This document shows, in pieces, positions 18,924 through 29,858 of a stretch of 64,000 nucleotides of DNA; the stretch's first letter is position 1; the number at the start of each line of letters is the position of its first letter. The stretch is from Sulfolobales archaeon (GTDB lineage: Archaea > Thermoproteota > Thermoprotei_A > Sulfolobales > NBVN01). The stretch is taken from positions 123,237-187,236 of the forward strand of contig JAOAKQ010000003.1 in assembly GCA_026419835.1 (NCBI GenBank). The letters are read 5' to 3'. Both the position numbers and the translations under genes were made by a program. Under the pieces are notes generated by a model. That model searched no databases. It was not told where the DNA came from and saw nothing but the letters and a program-made list of their open reading frames with translations.

Positions 18924-20339
18924 ATGGGAATACTGAGCTTCCTGGCCCGGCTGGGAGATCTAGTTCCATCAACCCCCAAGCCGGCTAGAAGACCCGACCT
19001 TAAGTACCGGCTACTGTTTACTCTCGCTGCGGTTATGATATACTACTCCATGACATCAGTAACTGTGTATCCTGTATCGGCTGCCGCAGGTCCTCAGCTC
19101 CCACCTTTAATGCAGGTAGTGTTCGCAGCTACTACGGGAACTCTCGCTCAACTCGGTATAGGGCCTATCGTTACGGCTGGACTAATAATTCAGGTTCTAG
19201 TTGGCGGTAAGCTGATAGAGCTAGACTTAACTAAGCCTGAGGATAGGAAGTTGTTTACGCAGGCTGAGAAAGGTCTCGCACTAGTGATAGCCGCGGTAGA
19301 AGCTTCTGGGTTCGCTCTAACCTACCGAATGAATGTATTCGTAACTATCTCTATAGCATTACAGTTCTTCGTAGGCGCTCTAATACTGATGATGCTCGAT
19401 GAAGCTATACAGAAAGGTTATGGAATAGGGTCTGGTGTAAGTCTCTTCATACTTGCTGGAGTTGCTAGAACTATAGTATGGGATATGTTTACACCGATTA
19501 CAGTACCAGTATACGCTCTCGATGGTTCTGTAAGGAAGTACCGGTACGGTGTCGTTCCGTACCTAATAGGCGGGTTGATGGGGGAGGAAGTAAATGTTGA
19601 TAGACTGCTCTACGGGTACGTACCAGGTCATCTAGCTGGTGGTGAAGCAGCTATACTACCGTCTCTAACTGGTATGGTAGCTACCTTCATGTTTCTGGTA
19701 GTTGTAGTCTACCTCCAGGGAATGAAGATCAACGTTCCGGTAACTATTCAGAGAGTCCCGGGCGTGCGAGGTAGAGTACCGCTAAACTTTCTCTACGTAT
19801 CGAACATACCCGTTCTACTCGTAGGTATAGTCATATCGGACATACTGCTTGTGAGAAATATGGTTGAAGCTTACGTACCTCAAGCTACGTGGTTTAAAGA
19901 CGCTCTAGACGGAGTTCTAGCCTACCTAACGCCACCGAGAGGACTTCTCGGAGCTATCTACGACCCCGTTAGGTCCGTTGTTTACGCAGCTATACTAGTG
20001 GGTTTAGCGGTGCTCTTTGGCTTAATGTGGGTTGAGGTTGGAGGACTTAGCCCAGCTAATCAAGCGGAGAACTTGATTAAGTCGGGTATAGCCATTCCCG
20101 GAATGAGAGCCAATCCGAGAGTTTTAGAGTTAGTGCTAGCTAAGTACGTATACCCACTGGCAGTGCTTAGCTCGATAATAGTAGCATCACTAACCGTAGT
20201 AGCGGACATACTCAACGTATACGGTGGCGGTATAGGACTTCTATTAGCGGCGGGAATACTGCAGCAGGTCTACACAGCTCTATCGTATGAAAGAGCCCTC
20301 GAAATGTACCCAGTGCTAAGAAGATTTATTGGTGAGTAG
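18924..20339 (+). CDS. secY: preprotein translocase SecY
   Basis: LGIGPIVTAGLI, GIGSGVSLFI, FLYVSNIP, multiple TM segments. Confidence 0.96.
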   Translation: MGILSFLARLGDLVPSTPKPARRPDLKYRLLFTLAAVMIYYSMTSVTVYPVSAAAGPQLPPLMQVVFAATTGTLAQLGIGPIVTAGLIIQVLVGGKLIELDLTKPEDRKLFTQAEKGLALVIAAVEASGFALTYRMNVFVTISIALQFFVGALILMMLDEAIQKGYGIGSGVSLFILAGVARTIVWDMFTPITVPVYALDGSVRKYRYGVVPYLIGGLMGEEVNVDRLLYGYVPGHLAGGEAAILPSLTGMVATFMFLVVVVYLQGMKINVPVTIQRVPGVRGRVPLNFLYVSNIPVLLVGIVISDILLVRNMVEAYVPQATWFKDALDGVLAYLTPPRGLLGAIYDPVRSVVYAAILVGLAVLFGLMWVEVGGLSPANQAENLIKSGIAIPGMRANPRVLELVLAKYVYPLAVLSSIIVASLTVVADILNVYGGGIGLLLAAGILQQVYTALSYERALEMYPVLRRFIGE

Positions 20340-20341
20340 TT

Positions 20342-20941
20342 TTGCTGAAAACCGTGGTAGTCGTTGGAATTCCTGGCGTAGGAAAGAGTACAGTCCTATC
20401 AATAGCGGTCAAAATCCTCGTCGAGAAAGGGTATACGGTAAAACTGGTAAACTTCGGTGACTACATGCTGAGCTACTTAAAGAAACTTGGCGAAACCGAC
20501 GCTCGAGATCAGATTAGAAGGTTGCGCTTAGCTACTCAATTAGTAGCTCAGGAGGCCGCCGCTAAAGCTATTAGAAGAGACCTGGAGGCGCTATCTGGGG
20601 ATAGGTCTGTAGGAATTGTCGATACTCACGCCGTGATAAGAACAAGCCTCGGCTACTGGCCAGGTCTTCCACTAGCCGTATTGGGAGAGCTTAGGCCAAG
20701 CGTTATAGTAGTTATTGAAGCTAGCCCTGAAGAAGTACTAGAGAGACAGCGGAGAGATGTGAGTAGGTATAGGAAGGACTTAATGTCCATAGAGTTTGTA
20801 GAGGAGCTTCTCCAGATAAACCGGTACTACGCTATTGCGAGTTCCGTTATTTCAGGTGCGGCACTGCGATTCATACGAAATAGTGAAGGACTTGCCGAAA
20901 GAGCTGCTGAAGAGCTCGTTAAAGTAGTAGAGGAAATATAA
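20342..20941 (+). CDS. adkA: archaeal adenylate kinase
   Basis: GIPGVGKST, DTH, GYWPGLP; follows secY. Confidence 0.93.
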   Translation: MLKTVVVVGIPGVGKSTVLSIAVKILVEKGYTVKLVNFGDYMLSYLKKLGETDARDQIRRLRLATQLVAQEAAAKAIRRDLEALSGDRSVGIVDTHAVIRTSLGYWPGLPLAVLGELRPSVIVVIEASPEEVLERQRRDVSRYRKDLMSIEFVEELLQINRYYAIASSVISGAALRFIRNSEGLAERAAEELVKVVEEI

Positions 20942-20943
20942 GT

Positions 20944-21441
20944 ATGCTCAAGGAGCTACTCGCAGTATTTCTCAGCATACTTGTCTACATAGCTCTACCA
21001 ATAGTTCTTCTACTTCCTATTACCTACGCAGTTAAGCTGTACATTAGGAAAGTTCGGCTTGAGAAAGTTCTGCGAGAGCTGGATTACGTAGCTCTCAAAC
21101 TCCGAGAAATATCACCTAGTAAGAAGAAGAGGTGGAGGACGATTAAAGCGAAGTACGATTCTCTTTATAAGAGTGTTAGAGGGCTGATGTGGATGAACTT
21201 ACTCGCTCTATGGGCTGGTGTTTTAGCCATGATCTACGTAACTCGCCACGTAGCTTACCTACTAGAGGTTTCACCACCCTACTCACCACTCAGATTAAGC
21301 TGGACCCCATTTACTGTAGTAAGCATAGCGGTAGATGATGAGTGGTACGTCGTAGACCTATTTCTCTACCTAGCGGCTATAGGAGTCTTCAACGCGCTGC
21401 ACCTAAGGATCTCCGGACTAAGGTCTCTATATGAAGTCTAG
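20944..21441 (+). CDS. membrane protein, probable divergent DUF106/EMC3 (Oxa1 superfamily)
   Basis: TM, coiled coil, TM, TM topology; sits after adk where DUF106 usually lies. Confidence 0.55.
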   Translation: MLKELLAVFLSILVYIALPIVLLLPITYAVKLYIRKVRLEKVLRELDYVALKLREISPSKKKRWRTIKAKYDSLYKSVRGLMWMNLLALWAGVLAMIYVTRHVAYLLEVSPPYSPLRLSWTPFTVVSIAVDDEWYVVDLFLYLAAIGVFNALHLRISGLRSLYEV

Positions 21442-21461
21442 CCGAAGCGGTGCTGGTGTTT

Positions 21462-22526
21462 ATGAAGATCCTCAGAGAAGACCTTAAGCACGGACTAATC
21501 GAACTAAGAATCGAGTGTGAGGACGACCTATGGGTTCTGAAGAACGTGATCGCTAGAGGCGATGTAGTATCAGCGAAAACCCTGAGAGATGTTAAGGTGG
21601 ATGGTGAAGGTAAGAGACGCTTACCAATGGTTCTAGCTGTAAGAGTTCAAGACGTCTCATTTCAGCCGTTTAGTGGGAGACTGAGAGTTCACGGAGTAGT
21701 TGTGGAAGGACCTGAAGAATACGGTGTGAAGGGGTCTTACCATACTCTCAGTATTGACGTAGGAACGGAGTTAGCTGTAGTAAAGCCTAGGTGGACTCAA
21801 GAGCAGATTAACAGAGTAAAGAAAGCTTCATCGAGGAGAGTTAAAGTTCTTCTAGCGGCGTTTGACTTCGACGAGCTTGCCGTAGCTGTTCTTCTAGAGC
21901 AGGGAGTAAAGTATGTTGCGGAAAGAAATCTACCTGGTTTAAGAGATGGGGGTCCATCGATTGAGGAGCTAGCTAGTGAAGTCTCTAAGGTTATTACTTC
22001 GGCTGTGGAGCGCGAAAAACCTGATGCCGCTGTAGTAGCGTCTCCAGCTTTTTTAAAAGACTACGTTGCTGATATACTGCGCGAAAAACTGAGCATACCA
22101 GTACATGTAGACTCCGTTAGTAGTGGAGGTAGAGCTGGTGTAAGTGAGTTGATGAGGAGAGATTCTCTTAAGAACGTTCTAAGAACGCACAGCATAGTCC
22201 TAGTTGAAGGCATTTTTGAAGAGTTCTTAAAGCTTCTATCAGTAAATAGTAGCAGAGTCGCGTACGGACCTGAAGTAGTTAAGATGCTAGCCGACCTCGG
22301 AGCTATATCCAGGCTACTAGTAAATGAGGACATGCTGTACGGAGAGCGGTACGAGTTAGTTGGTGAGATAATGGAGAAGGTGGAATCTAGGAATGGAGAA
22401 GTAAAGATAGTTCCAGAAGAAACAACTACGTTTACTAAAGTTAAAGCGTTTGGAGGACTCGTAGCTATCCTTAAGTACCCGGTAGATGCGCACAGTATGG
22501 TTAAGCAGTTCGAACGCACTAGCTAG
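21462..22526 (+). CDS. pelA: mRNA surveillance protein Pelota
   Basis: EDDLWVL, RLRVHG, HTL, FGGLVAILKY. Confidence 0.93.
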   Translation: MKILREDLKHGLIELRIECEDDLWVLKNVIARGDVVSAKTLRDVKVDGEGKRRLPMVLAVRVQDVSFQPFSGRLRVHGVVVEGPEEYGVKGSYHTLSIDVGTELAVVKPRWTQEQINRVKKASSRRVKVLLAAFDFDELAVAVLLEQGVKYVAERNLPGLRDGGPSIEELASEVSKVITSAVEREKPDAAVVASPAFLKDYVADILREKLSIPVHVDSVSSGGRAGVSELMRRDSLKNVLRTHSIVLVEGIFEEFLKLLSVNSSRVAYGPEVVKMLADLGAISRLLVNEDMLYGERYELVGEIMEKVESRNGEVKIVPEETTTFTKVKAFGGLVAILKYPVDAHSMVKQFERTS

Positions 22527-22797
22527 TTGCGAAAACCCGGGAAAGTTTTCTCGCACTCTAAGATACTCAATAATTCTCCAAATATGGGCCGCTCTACGTG
22601 TGGAGAAGTGGAAGAGCGAGTAGTGCTAGACTTCACAGCACGTTGTAGAGTTCTTAAACCTGTTACTAAGGAGTTCTTAGCGTTCGTTTACACCGTAAGT
22701 AGCTAATTACCGAGCTTTCTTTCAATTTAATGCTATGTAGCACTATGAGAGCTCTTAAATCGTATCATATAGAGCAAGCTTGAGGATAAAAAGTAAG

Positions 22798-23148
22798 ATG
22801 GAAAATAAGGAAGATAGAGTAGTGGGTAAACACGTATTCGGCGAAATATACGGATTCAAGGAACTCGGTCCAGAAGAGTTAAAGAAAATTCTTCTAGATG
22901 CGGCAAGTATTGCCAATATGCACGTTGTTGAAGCACTAGTATACGAGAAGCCCACTATATACGGTGCTATAGTACTCGTAGAAGAATCCCATCTCGCAAT
23001 ACACGTTTACAGAGAGTACTCTTACGGTATGGTGGACATATACACCTGCGGAGAGAAAAGTAGACCTGAGTTAGCGTACGATTTCGTCGTAGAGAAGCTA
23101 AAGCCCCTCAGATATACTAAGAACTACGCAGATAGGTCTTCCCTCTAA
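22798..23148 (+). CDS. pyruvoyl-dependent decarboxylase, AdoMetDC family (crenarchaeal arginine decarboxylase type)
   Basis: EDRVVGKHVFG...VEESHLAIH...YTCG...YADRSS, recalled as resembling Sulfolobus ArgDC. Confidence 0.8.
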   Translation: MENKEDRVVGKHVFGEIYGFKELGPEELKKILLDAASIANMHVVEALVYEKPTIYGAIVLVEESHLAIHVYREYSYGMVDIYTCGEKSRPELAYDFVVEKLKPLRYTKNYADRSSL

Positions 23149-23165
23149 GCCCGGAGTAGAAACAT

Positions 23166-24173
23166 TTAAACACTTTTTTCTACTCTAACTCTAATTCCTT
23201 CAGTTCCAAGTGACGTTCTCATAGTGAACTCGCTCAAGAACTTCATTATGCTTTCGACCGTCTCGATTTTCTCAGGTCTGCAGAGAGCTATGGCGCACCC
23301 ACCCCCACCTGCGCCAGTTAGCTTAGCACCTAGAGCTCCAGAACTTCTAGCGGCGTAGACTACCTCATTTAGCTTTCGAGTAGAAACTCCTAGTGAGTCT
23401 AGAAGACCGTGGTTTAAGTTCATCATCAACCCCAGTTTCTCGAGGTCGTGCCTTACTAGAGCTTCCTCCGCGATCTTAACTACTTCACCTATTAACTCGA
23501 TCATCTTACCGTAGAGCTGGGGGTACTTCAGTATTCTCTCGCGAACCATTCGAACCATGTCTCCGGTTTTGAACTCTCTCTCGACGTACGCTATTACTAT
23601 TGGAAGGTCCCCGCCTACCGCTAGATTCTCTCTCTCAATACTCGAACCGCTGTATCTTATCTTCATGAAGCCTCCGTAGGTAGTTATCGATGTATCCATG
23701 GGGGAGGCTATGCCTTGAACTGCTTTCTCAACTTCCCAGCCGAGTCTAGCTATTTCATCCTTAGATAGCTCGTACCCACCGCTGTAGGCATAGGCAGCTA
23801 CAGTTGCTACAGCAACGGCGGCGGATGTTCCTAGTCCAGCACCTACAGGCATTTCAGAGCGGACCACCAACTTAACGCCGTGTTTGCTATCCAGGTACCT
23901 AGAGGTTATCTCAATAGCTTTATTGAGATACGAAATTGCCGGTAGTACGAGACCGTACTCAGTCTCTACGGTTACCTCACCCTCCTTGTAGGTAACTATA
24001 ACACCCGGTACTCTAAGGTCTCGAGCTTCTATAGTAACAACTTTATCTGATCTGGGTTCTGCGTATACGTTAATCCTCCTATCTATAGAAGCAACTATAG
24101 CGGGCTGCCCGTAGACAACGGCGTGCTCACCGAATAGAGTGACTTTTCCGGGGGCTGACGCGTAAACTCTCAT
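23166..24173 (-). CDS. mvk: mevalonate kinase
   Basis: APGKVTLFGEHAVVYG, PVGAGLGTSAA, KLTGAGGGG. Confidence 0.95.
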   Translation of the reverse strand: MRVYASAPGKVTLFGEHAVVYGQPAIVASIDRRINVYAEPRSDKVVTIEARDLRVPGVIVTYKEGEVTVETEYGLVLPAISYLNKAIEITSRYLDSKHGVKLVVRSEMPVGAGLGTSAAVAVATVAAYAYSGGYELSKDEIARLGWEVEKAVQGIASPMDTSITTYGGFMKIRYSGSSIERENLAVGGDLPIVIAYVEREFKTGDMVRMVRERILKYPQLYGKMIELIGEVVKIAEEALVRHDLEKLGLMMNLNHGLLDSLGVSTRKLNEVVYAARSSGALGAKLTGAGGGGCAIALCRPEKIETVESIMKFLSEFTMRTSLGTEGIRVRVEKSV

Positions 24174-24298
24174 TAAGTACGCCCAAAGTCTGCACTTACT
24201 TAGACCTATATTAACTATTTCTAGGCTTGCTGGAGAGAGGCGGTCTCAGCGGCACTAGATTTGTGAAAGTTATATTTCTAGCTGGAGGATACTGTGGG

Positions 24299-25054
24299 AT
24301 GAAGACGACGCTCGTTGGATGCTGCGGTTTCTGTCTGAGCAGGTCTAAGTACTACTCAACGTTTAAAGTCGTTGAACTCCAGGAGACGTTTTACGATATA
24401 GTAAACGAGGAGAAACTTAAACTTCTCCGAAGTGAAGCACCAGGAGACTTTGTGTTCAGTATTAAAGCATATCAAGGAGTAACACACGACCTCAGCTCCC
24501 CTACTTGGAGGAGGTCTAGGAGGAGGTTAAGTGAGGACATGGAGAATAGAGTAGGCCTACTTAGACCTACCCAAGAAAACCTGAACCTCTGGGAGGAGGT
24601 AGTTAGAGAAGCTAAAGTACTGAGAGCTAGAGTCGTAGTTGTTCAAACACCTCCATCTTTCAGATACTCAGACGAGAACTTTAGAAACGCTATGGAGTTT
24701 TTCTCAGTAGCTGTACGGAGAGACTTCGTGGTTGGGTGGGAACCTAGAGGTTCTTGGTTAGAAAACCTCCAGGCAGTTAGGAAAATAGTCGAGTCGTATT
24801 CAAATCTCATACACGTAGTAGACCTCTTCAAAGTTAAACCAGTAGTAGTTAAAGGCGTTAGCTATATCAGACTCCACGGTATAGGTGAGAGAGAAGTGAA
24901 CTACAACTATAAATACACTGATGAAGACCTTAAAACCCTCTGCGGTATGGTTGGAGAGCTAGCTACTAGTTCTAGAGAAGTCTACGTAATGTTCAACAAC
25001 ATCTCGATGGCCGTAGATGCGCAGCGCTTCAACACTATCTGCTCAATGAGGTGA
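24299..25054 (+). CDS. DUF72 family protein
   Basis: VGCCGF, VELQETFY, QTPPSF, WEPRG, YIRLHG, FNN. Confidence 0.9.
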   Translation: MKTTLVGCCGFCLSRSKYYSTFKVVELQETFYDIVNEEKLKLLRSEAPGDFVFSIKAYQGVTHDLSSPTWRRSRRRLSEDMENRVGLLRPTQENLNLWEEVVREAKVLRARVVVVQTPPSFRYSDENFRNAMEFFSVAVRRDFVVGWEPRGSWLENLQAVRKIVESYSNLIHVVDLFKVKPVVVKGVSYIRLHGIGEREVNYNYKYTDEDLKTLCGMVGELATSSREVYVMFNNISMAVDAQRFNTICSMR

Positions 25055-25497
25055 GTAATGCGCCTAACTGCAACTACTTTAAGTTTCTAGAGCACACAGC
25101 CGATGTGTATGTCGAAGTTTGCGGCGAGAGCTTAGAGAAAGCTTTCGAGCTTGCCGGTGTAGCTCTTTTTGAAGTAATGACGGACACCAGCAAGGTTGAA
25201 CCGAGAATCTCTCGAGTAATTGAAGACTGTGGTTTCGATTTAGAAAACACTCTCTACAGGTGGCTTGAAGACCTTTTAATAGAGTACGGTAGATCGAACG
25301 TAGTTTTCAGCCGTATCAACGTCGAGTACGTGAGAAAAGAGGATCGGGGGTACGTATTTAAAGCTGTCTGCTTAGGTGACTACCTCGACCTAGAAAAGTA
25401 TGAAGCAAGAACTGAGGTTAAAGCCGTTACCTACTCACTAATGGAGATAGTCAAGTTGAATGGAAAGTGGGTACTGAGATTCGTCCTAGATATATAG
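25051..25497 (+). CDS. archease
   Basis: FLEHTADV, EVKAVTY, FVLDI. Confidence 0.93.
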   Translation: MSNAPNCNYFKFLEHTADVYVEVCGESLEKAFELAGVALFEVMTDTSKVEPRISRVIEDCGFDLENTLYRWLEDLLIEYGRSNVVFSRINVEYVRKEDRGYVFKAVCLGDYLDLEKYEARTEVKAVTYSLMEIVKLNGKWVLRFVLDI

Positions 25498-25512
25498 CTC
25501 GACCGAGCTTAC

Positions 25513-26664
25513 CTAAGAAGCGCTGCGTGTTTCATAGGTTATAGAGCTTCTTCTTACAAGTTCTGCGAGTACTTCTCTACTCGTTATCATCTTAAGTAGT
25601 AGCGCTAGATGGTCGTCGTAGCTTACTCGACTGGCTGAAACTTCTAGGTACTTATTTCGAATACCTATGGATTCAGCTATATTGAGGAATGCTGTGAGCG
25701 CTCTAGCTACGTAGTAGTGCCTTCTTAATTCACGACTAAGAGTTCTTAGAGAACTGAGTAGGTAGTGTTTTCGCATAATAAACGCTGGAATGAGTTTTGA
25801 AGCAATAGATATCGCGTAGAGCCCTCCACCGCTAATACTCTTCACCATAGCTACACTATCCCCCAGTCCAATGGCTTTCTCGGTGTAGAGCGAGATCGGG
25901 TACCCTCTGAGAACCACTCCTCCATAAGGTTGCGAGAGGGTTCTACAGCCTCCAAATTTCTTCGCTACGAGAGCCAGTACTATGTTTAAGCACTTAAACG
26001 ACTCCACGACCTTCGGATCTGTCGCACAGCCGGTAATAACCTCTCTGTCTCCAACGGGGACAACCCACGCGAAACCACCTCCGAAGTATCTAGATAGAAG
26101 TACGAGGACTGCGTCCTCGCTAAAAGACGATCTGCTCCCAACTCCTAACTCAACTTGAACGCCGGATAAAGCACCTACCCTGGATCGGAGTCCAACAGTT
26201 TTAGCTAGCTTAGTACCGTATCCAGATGCTAGAACTAGGAAATCGTAAATGTGCGCATCTCCTAGCTTAGAGTAGACCAACCACCTGCGGTCGGCGGAAA
26301 ATAGGCCGTGGACGGTGTTTCCGAGAGAGACTTCTACTCCGGTAGATGCGAGCTCGTGGTGAAGTCTTTTCTCAAGCTTTACCCTGTCGATCTTTACAAA
26401 ACTTTCCTTTTCGAAGAGTACGTCGATTGAAGTCTTAATCTCGGGAATGAACACCTTTAAAGTTCTGTAACTACGTAAAACGTACTCTCTAGCGAACGGC
26501 AACCTACTCAACGTCTCAGTGGAGATAAGGCCCGTGCAGTGAGGTTTTCCGATGTAGTTTCGAGCTTCGTAAACCCTGATCGAAGAACGCGGAAGTTCTT
26601 TAGATGTGTAGTAAGCAGCAAGTAGTCCCGAGATCCCGGCCCCAACTACAGCTACCGACCTCAC
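25513..26664 (-). CDS. geranylgeranyl reductase-like FAD oxidoreductase
   Basis: GAGISG, HCTGLIS, FAWVVP, GDSV...SGGGL. Confidence 0.75.
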   Translation of the reverse strand: MRSVAVVGAGISGLLAAYYTSKELPRSSIRVYEARNYIGKPHCTGLISTETLSRLPFAREYVLRSYRTLKVFIPEIKTSIDVLFEKESFVKIDRVKLEKRLHHELASTGVEVSLGNTVHGLFSADRRWLVYSKLGDAHIYDFLVLASGYGTKLAKTVGLRSRVGALSGVQVELGVGSRSSFSEDAVLVLLSRYFGGGFAWVVPVGDREVITGCATDPKVVESFKCLNIVLALVAKKFGGCRTLSQPYGGVVLRGYPISLYTEKAIGLGDSVAMVKSISGGGLYAISIASKLIPAFIMRKHYLLSSLRTLSRELRRHYYVARALTAFLNIAESIGIRNKYLEVSASRVSYDDHLALLLKMITSREVLAELVRRSSITYETRSAS

Positions 26665-26791
26665 TCACACACCTTCTACAATCTCTAGGTATCCAACAAC
26701 TAAACTAGGAGATTGAAGCGTTAGAGCGGTGGCGAAGACCGTGAAGGTACTACTTTAAAACTCCTCTATGTAGCGTAGAGTGGTGCTATAA

Positions 26792-27043
26792 GTGAGTGTT
26801 AGAGCGTACGTACTGATTACAACAGCTATTGGTAGTGAGTACGAAGTTCTGGAAGATTTAAAGACTTCAGCGAGTACTACCAGAGGTGTTAAAGTAGAAG
26901 CGGACGTGGTCTACGGGTCTTTCGACTTAGTGGTAATAATCGAAGCACCGGACCTGAGTACTCTAGACCGCGTCGTCACGCAGATAAGAAGTCATCCAAA
27001 GATTACTAGAACTACGACACTGATCTCTTCGAGGTCTAGGTAG
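26792..27043 (+). CDS. stand-alone Lrp/AsnC ligand-binding (RAM) domain protein
   Basis: AYVLI...VYGSFDLV...TTTLI. Confidence 0.88.
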   Translation: MSVRAYVLITTAIGSEYEVLEDLKTSASTTRGVKVEADVVYGSFDLVVIIEAPDLSTLDRVVTQIRSHPKITRTTTLISSRSR

Positions 27044-27100
27044 TGGCTGGAGCTCATATTATATAGCGCTGTTTAGCAGTGTTAGTGGGGTTGACCTAGG

Positions 27101-28546
27101 ATGAGTATTTACAGAGACCTAGGAAAAGACTTCGATGAGTGGTTTGACTGGATCGTCAAGGAAGCTGAAGTATACGATTACGGGAGATACCCAGTAAAAG
27201 GTATGGGTGTGTGGCTACCCTACGGATTTAAGATCAGGAAGAACGTAGTAGAGCTTATGAGGAATCTACTGGATGCTACCGGTCACGAGGAGGTCCTGCT
27301 CCCGCTTCTAATACCCGACAGTATACTAGCTAAGGAATCAGAGCACGTCCGCGGATTTGAGGACCAGGTGTACTGGGTTACTCACGGAGGTCTTACACCG
27401 CTAGACGTTAAGCTAGCGCTGAGACCTACTAGCGAGACACCTCTATCTTACCTAGAGTCTCTGTGGATTAAGAGCTACAAGCAGCTACCTAAGAAGTACT
27501 ACCAGTTCGTAAGCGTGTTCAGATACGAGACAGCGGCTACGAGAGCTATGATAAGAGTGCGCGAGGTTTCCACGTTTAAAGAAGCTCACACACTGCACTC
27601 CACATTTGAAGACTCGGAGAGGCAGGTTGCTGAAGCTGTCGAGATATACAGCACGTTCTTCAGGGAGCTGGGGATTCCGTTCGTAATCTCCAAGAGACCC
27701 GAGTGGGATAAGTTCCCCGGAGCTATCTACACGATAGCGTACGATACGCTAATGCCCGACGGCAGGACCCTGCAGATAGGGACCGTGCACAACTTAGGTA
27801 GGTCTTTCACTATAGCGTTTAATGTGTGGATCCACATGCCGGACGGCACGATGGACTACGGTTGGCAGACGAGCTACGGTATTTCTGAGAGAGTAGTTGC
27901 TTCGCTGCTATCTGTTCACGGAGACTCTACAGGTCTTAGACTGCCCTTTAAGTACGCTCCTATACAAGTCGTTGTAGTGCCGATACCTACCGGTCCAGAT
28001 GAAGTACGTAGAGAGGTATTGAACTTATGCGCTAAGGTATTGGAGGAACTGAGAGCTGGTGGAACAAGGTCTCTAGTTGACGATAGAGAGGATATGACGC
28101 CCGGAGACAAGTTCTACTACTGGGAGAGGAGAGGGGTTCCACTTAGACTTGAAGTTGGACCTAGAGAGGTCCAGAGTAAGACCGTCACGGTGGTTAGAAG
28201 GGATAATAGAGCTAGAATTTCGGTTAAGCTAGAAGAACTTACTGAAGCCATTAAGGCCGTTGGGAGCGACTACGATAACGCCATCAAGAGCGAGGCTACC
28301 GAAGCGTTCAGTAGGCACGTTGTTAGAGCTAGGAGTCTTGAAGAAGCCGGTAGCTTGATTGAAGGAAACATAGTTGAAGTTCCTTGGTGTGGAAGGGTTT
28401 CATGCGCAATGGAAATGGAGCTCAAAGTCGGGGGGAGGGCTCTGGGAACGCCGCTAAAGATCTTGGACTCAGATATCGGGGAGTTGAAGTGTGCCTACTG
28501 CGGAGATAGAGCTAGAACCTTCATGAGGTACTCTAAAAGGTACTGA
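27101..28546 (+). CDS. proS: proline--tRNA ligase
   Basis: LRPTSET, FRYE, LQIGTVH, QVVVVPI, C-terminal Y. Confidence 0.96.
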   Translation: MSIYRDLGKDFDEWFDWIVKEAEVYDYGRYPVKGMGVWLPYGFKIRKNVVELMRNLLDATGHEEVLLPLLIPDSILAKESEHVRGFEDQVYWVTHGGLTPLDVKLALRPTSETPLSYLESLWIKSYKQLPKKYYQFVSVFRYETAATRAMIRVREVSTFKEAHTLHSTFEDSERQVAEAVEIYSTFFRELGIPFVISKRPEWDKFPGAIYTIAYDTLMPDGRTLQIGTVHNLGRSFTIAFNVWIHMPDGTMDYGWQTSYGISERVVASLLSVHGDSTGLRLPFKYAPIQVVVVPIPTGPDEVRREVLNLCAKVLEELRAGGTRSLVDDREDMTPGDKFYYWERRGVPLRLEVGPREVQSKTVTVVRRDNRARISVKLEELTEAIKAVGSDYDNAIKSEATEAFSRHVVRARSLEEAGSLIEGNIVEVPWCGRVSCAMEMELKVGGRALGTPLKILDSDIGELKCAYCGDRARTFMRYSKRY

Positions 28547-28566
28547 AGGACTTAGCAGGCGGAGCT

Positions 28567-29757
28567 ATGGTCACCAACCTACCAGCCGAAGCTAAGGCTA
28601 GGTGGGTTAAGTACCTTGAAGCCAGGACTACCGAGGAGAAGATAAGAGCTCTCGAAGACTTCCTCTCCTCGGTTCCGAAGCATAAAGGTACCGAGAACCT
28701 GGTTGCGTGGGTTAGAAGAAAGCTTTCTGAACTCAGGGAAGAGCTTGAGGAGAGTAAGAAGAAGAGAAGTGGCGGTCCCTCATTCTTCGTAGAAAAGCAT
28801 GGAGCCGCTCAAGTAGTTCTACTTGGCTACACGCTGTCAGGTAAGAGCTCTCTATTCAACGCCCTGACTAACGCCAAGTCTAGAGTTACGGGTCTACCCT
28901 ATACAACTATGTTCCCAGTTCCCGGGATGGTAAGATACGAAGACGTTCAAATTCAACTAATCGATACACCGCCGTTCGTTCCAGAAGCTACCTCGGGGAA
29001 AGCTTCCTGGAGAGCTAAGCTGATAGGTCTAGCTCGCAATGCCGACGCTCTCTTGATAGTTCTCGATTCAACTTCCGACCCGGTAGAGCAGTTTAGAAAC
29101 ATTGTGGAAGACTTAGAAAACGCCGGTATTATGCTCAGAAAACCTAGAGGAAGAGTTCAGATAGAGAGAAGTAAGGCGTACTCGGGAGTGAGACTAGCGA
29201 AGATGGGGAAAATACTCGACGGAACCGAAGAAGATGTGAGAAAGCTTCTCGAATCCTACAGAGTCTTCAATGCACTGGTTAAGATATATGGAGAGGTCTC
29301 TCTAGACGATATAGAGAAGGCTCTCTTTGAGGCCTCGGTCCACAAATCTTCAGTAACATTACTCAATAAGGTAGACCTAGCGGGTAGTGAGGTAGTTGAA
29401 GAACAGCTCAAGGAGCTAAAAGAATTAGCACCATATACTCAGATACTACCAGTATCAGCTACTAGTAGACTAGGCCTCGAAGCCGTACCTAAGTACCTCT
29501 TCGCAGTACTAGAGCTCATTAGAGTCTATACTAAAGAACCCAACTCTAAGGAGCCATCGAGAGAACCTCTAGTAATACCTAAAGGTTCGACAGTTGAAGA
29601 CGCTATTAAGTACATAAGAGAAGAGTTTCTGAAGTACTTTAAATACGCTAGGATTTGGGGGCCGTCCGCTAAGTACCCAGGTGAGAAAGTAGGTCTAGAC
29701 CACGTTTTATCCGATGGAGATATCATTGAGGTTAGAACTCAGATTAGAGGTATTTAG
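28567..29757 (+). CDS. DRG/OBG family GTPase with TGS domain
   Basis: MVTNLPAEAK, PKHKGTE, GKSS, DTP, NKVD, RVYTK. Confidence 0.9.
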   Translation: MVTNLPAEAKARWVKYLEARTTEEKIRALEDFLSSVPKHKGTENLVAWVRRKLSELREELEESKKKRSGGPSFFVEKHGAAQVVLLGYTLSGKSSLFNALTNAKSRVTGLPYTTMFPVPGMVRYEDVQIQLIDTPPFVPEATSGKASWRAKLIGLARNADALLIVLDSTSDPVEQFRNIVEDLENAGIMLRKPRGRVQIERSKAYSGVRLAKMGKILDGTEEDVRKLLESYRVFNALVKIYGEVSLDDIEKALFEASVHKSSVTLLNKVDLAGSEVVEEQLKELKELAPYTQILPVSATSRLGLEAVPKYLFAVLELIRVYTKEPNSKEPSREPLVIPKGSTVEDAIKYIREEFLKYFKYARIWGPSAKYPGEKVGLDHVLSDGDIIEVRTQIRGI

Positions 29758-29858
29758 CGCTAGCTATACCTAGACCCGAACCACAGTCCTGCGGAGTTCA
29801 CTCGTAGTTCAACCGACTACCTAAATACATTTATAGCTGATTACCCAGTTTCTAGTCT

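Noticed and set aside
22719-22730. CTTTCAATT (reverse ATTGAAAG handle) in the pelota-ArgDC intergenic region
   Set aside because: Only the 8-9 nt handle matches; no rest of the repeat and no leader.
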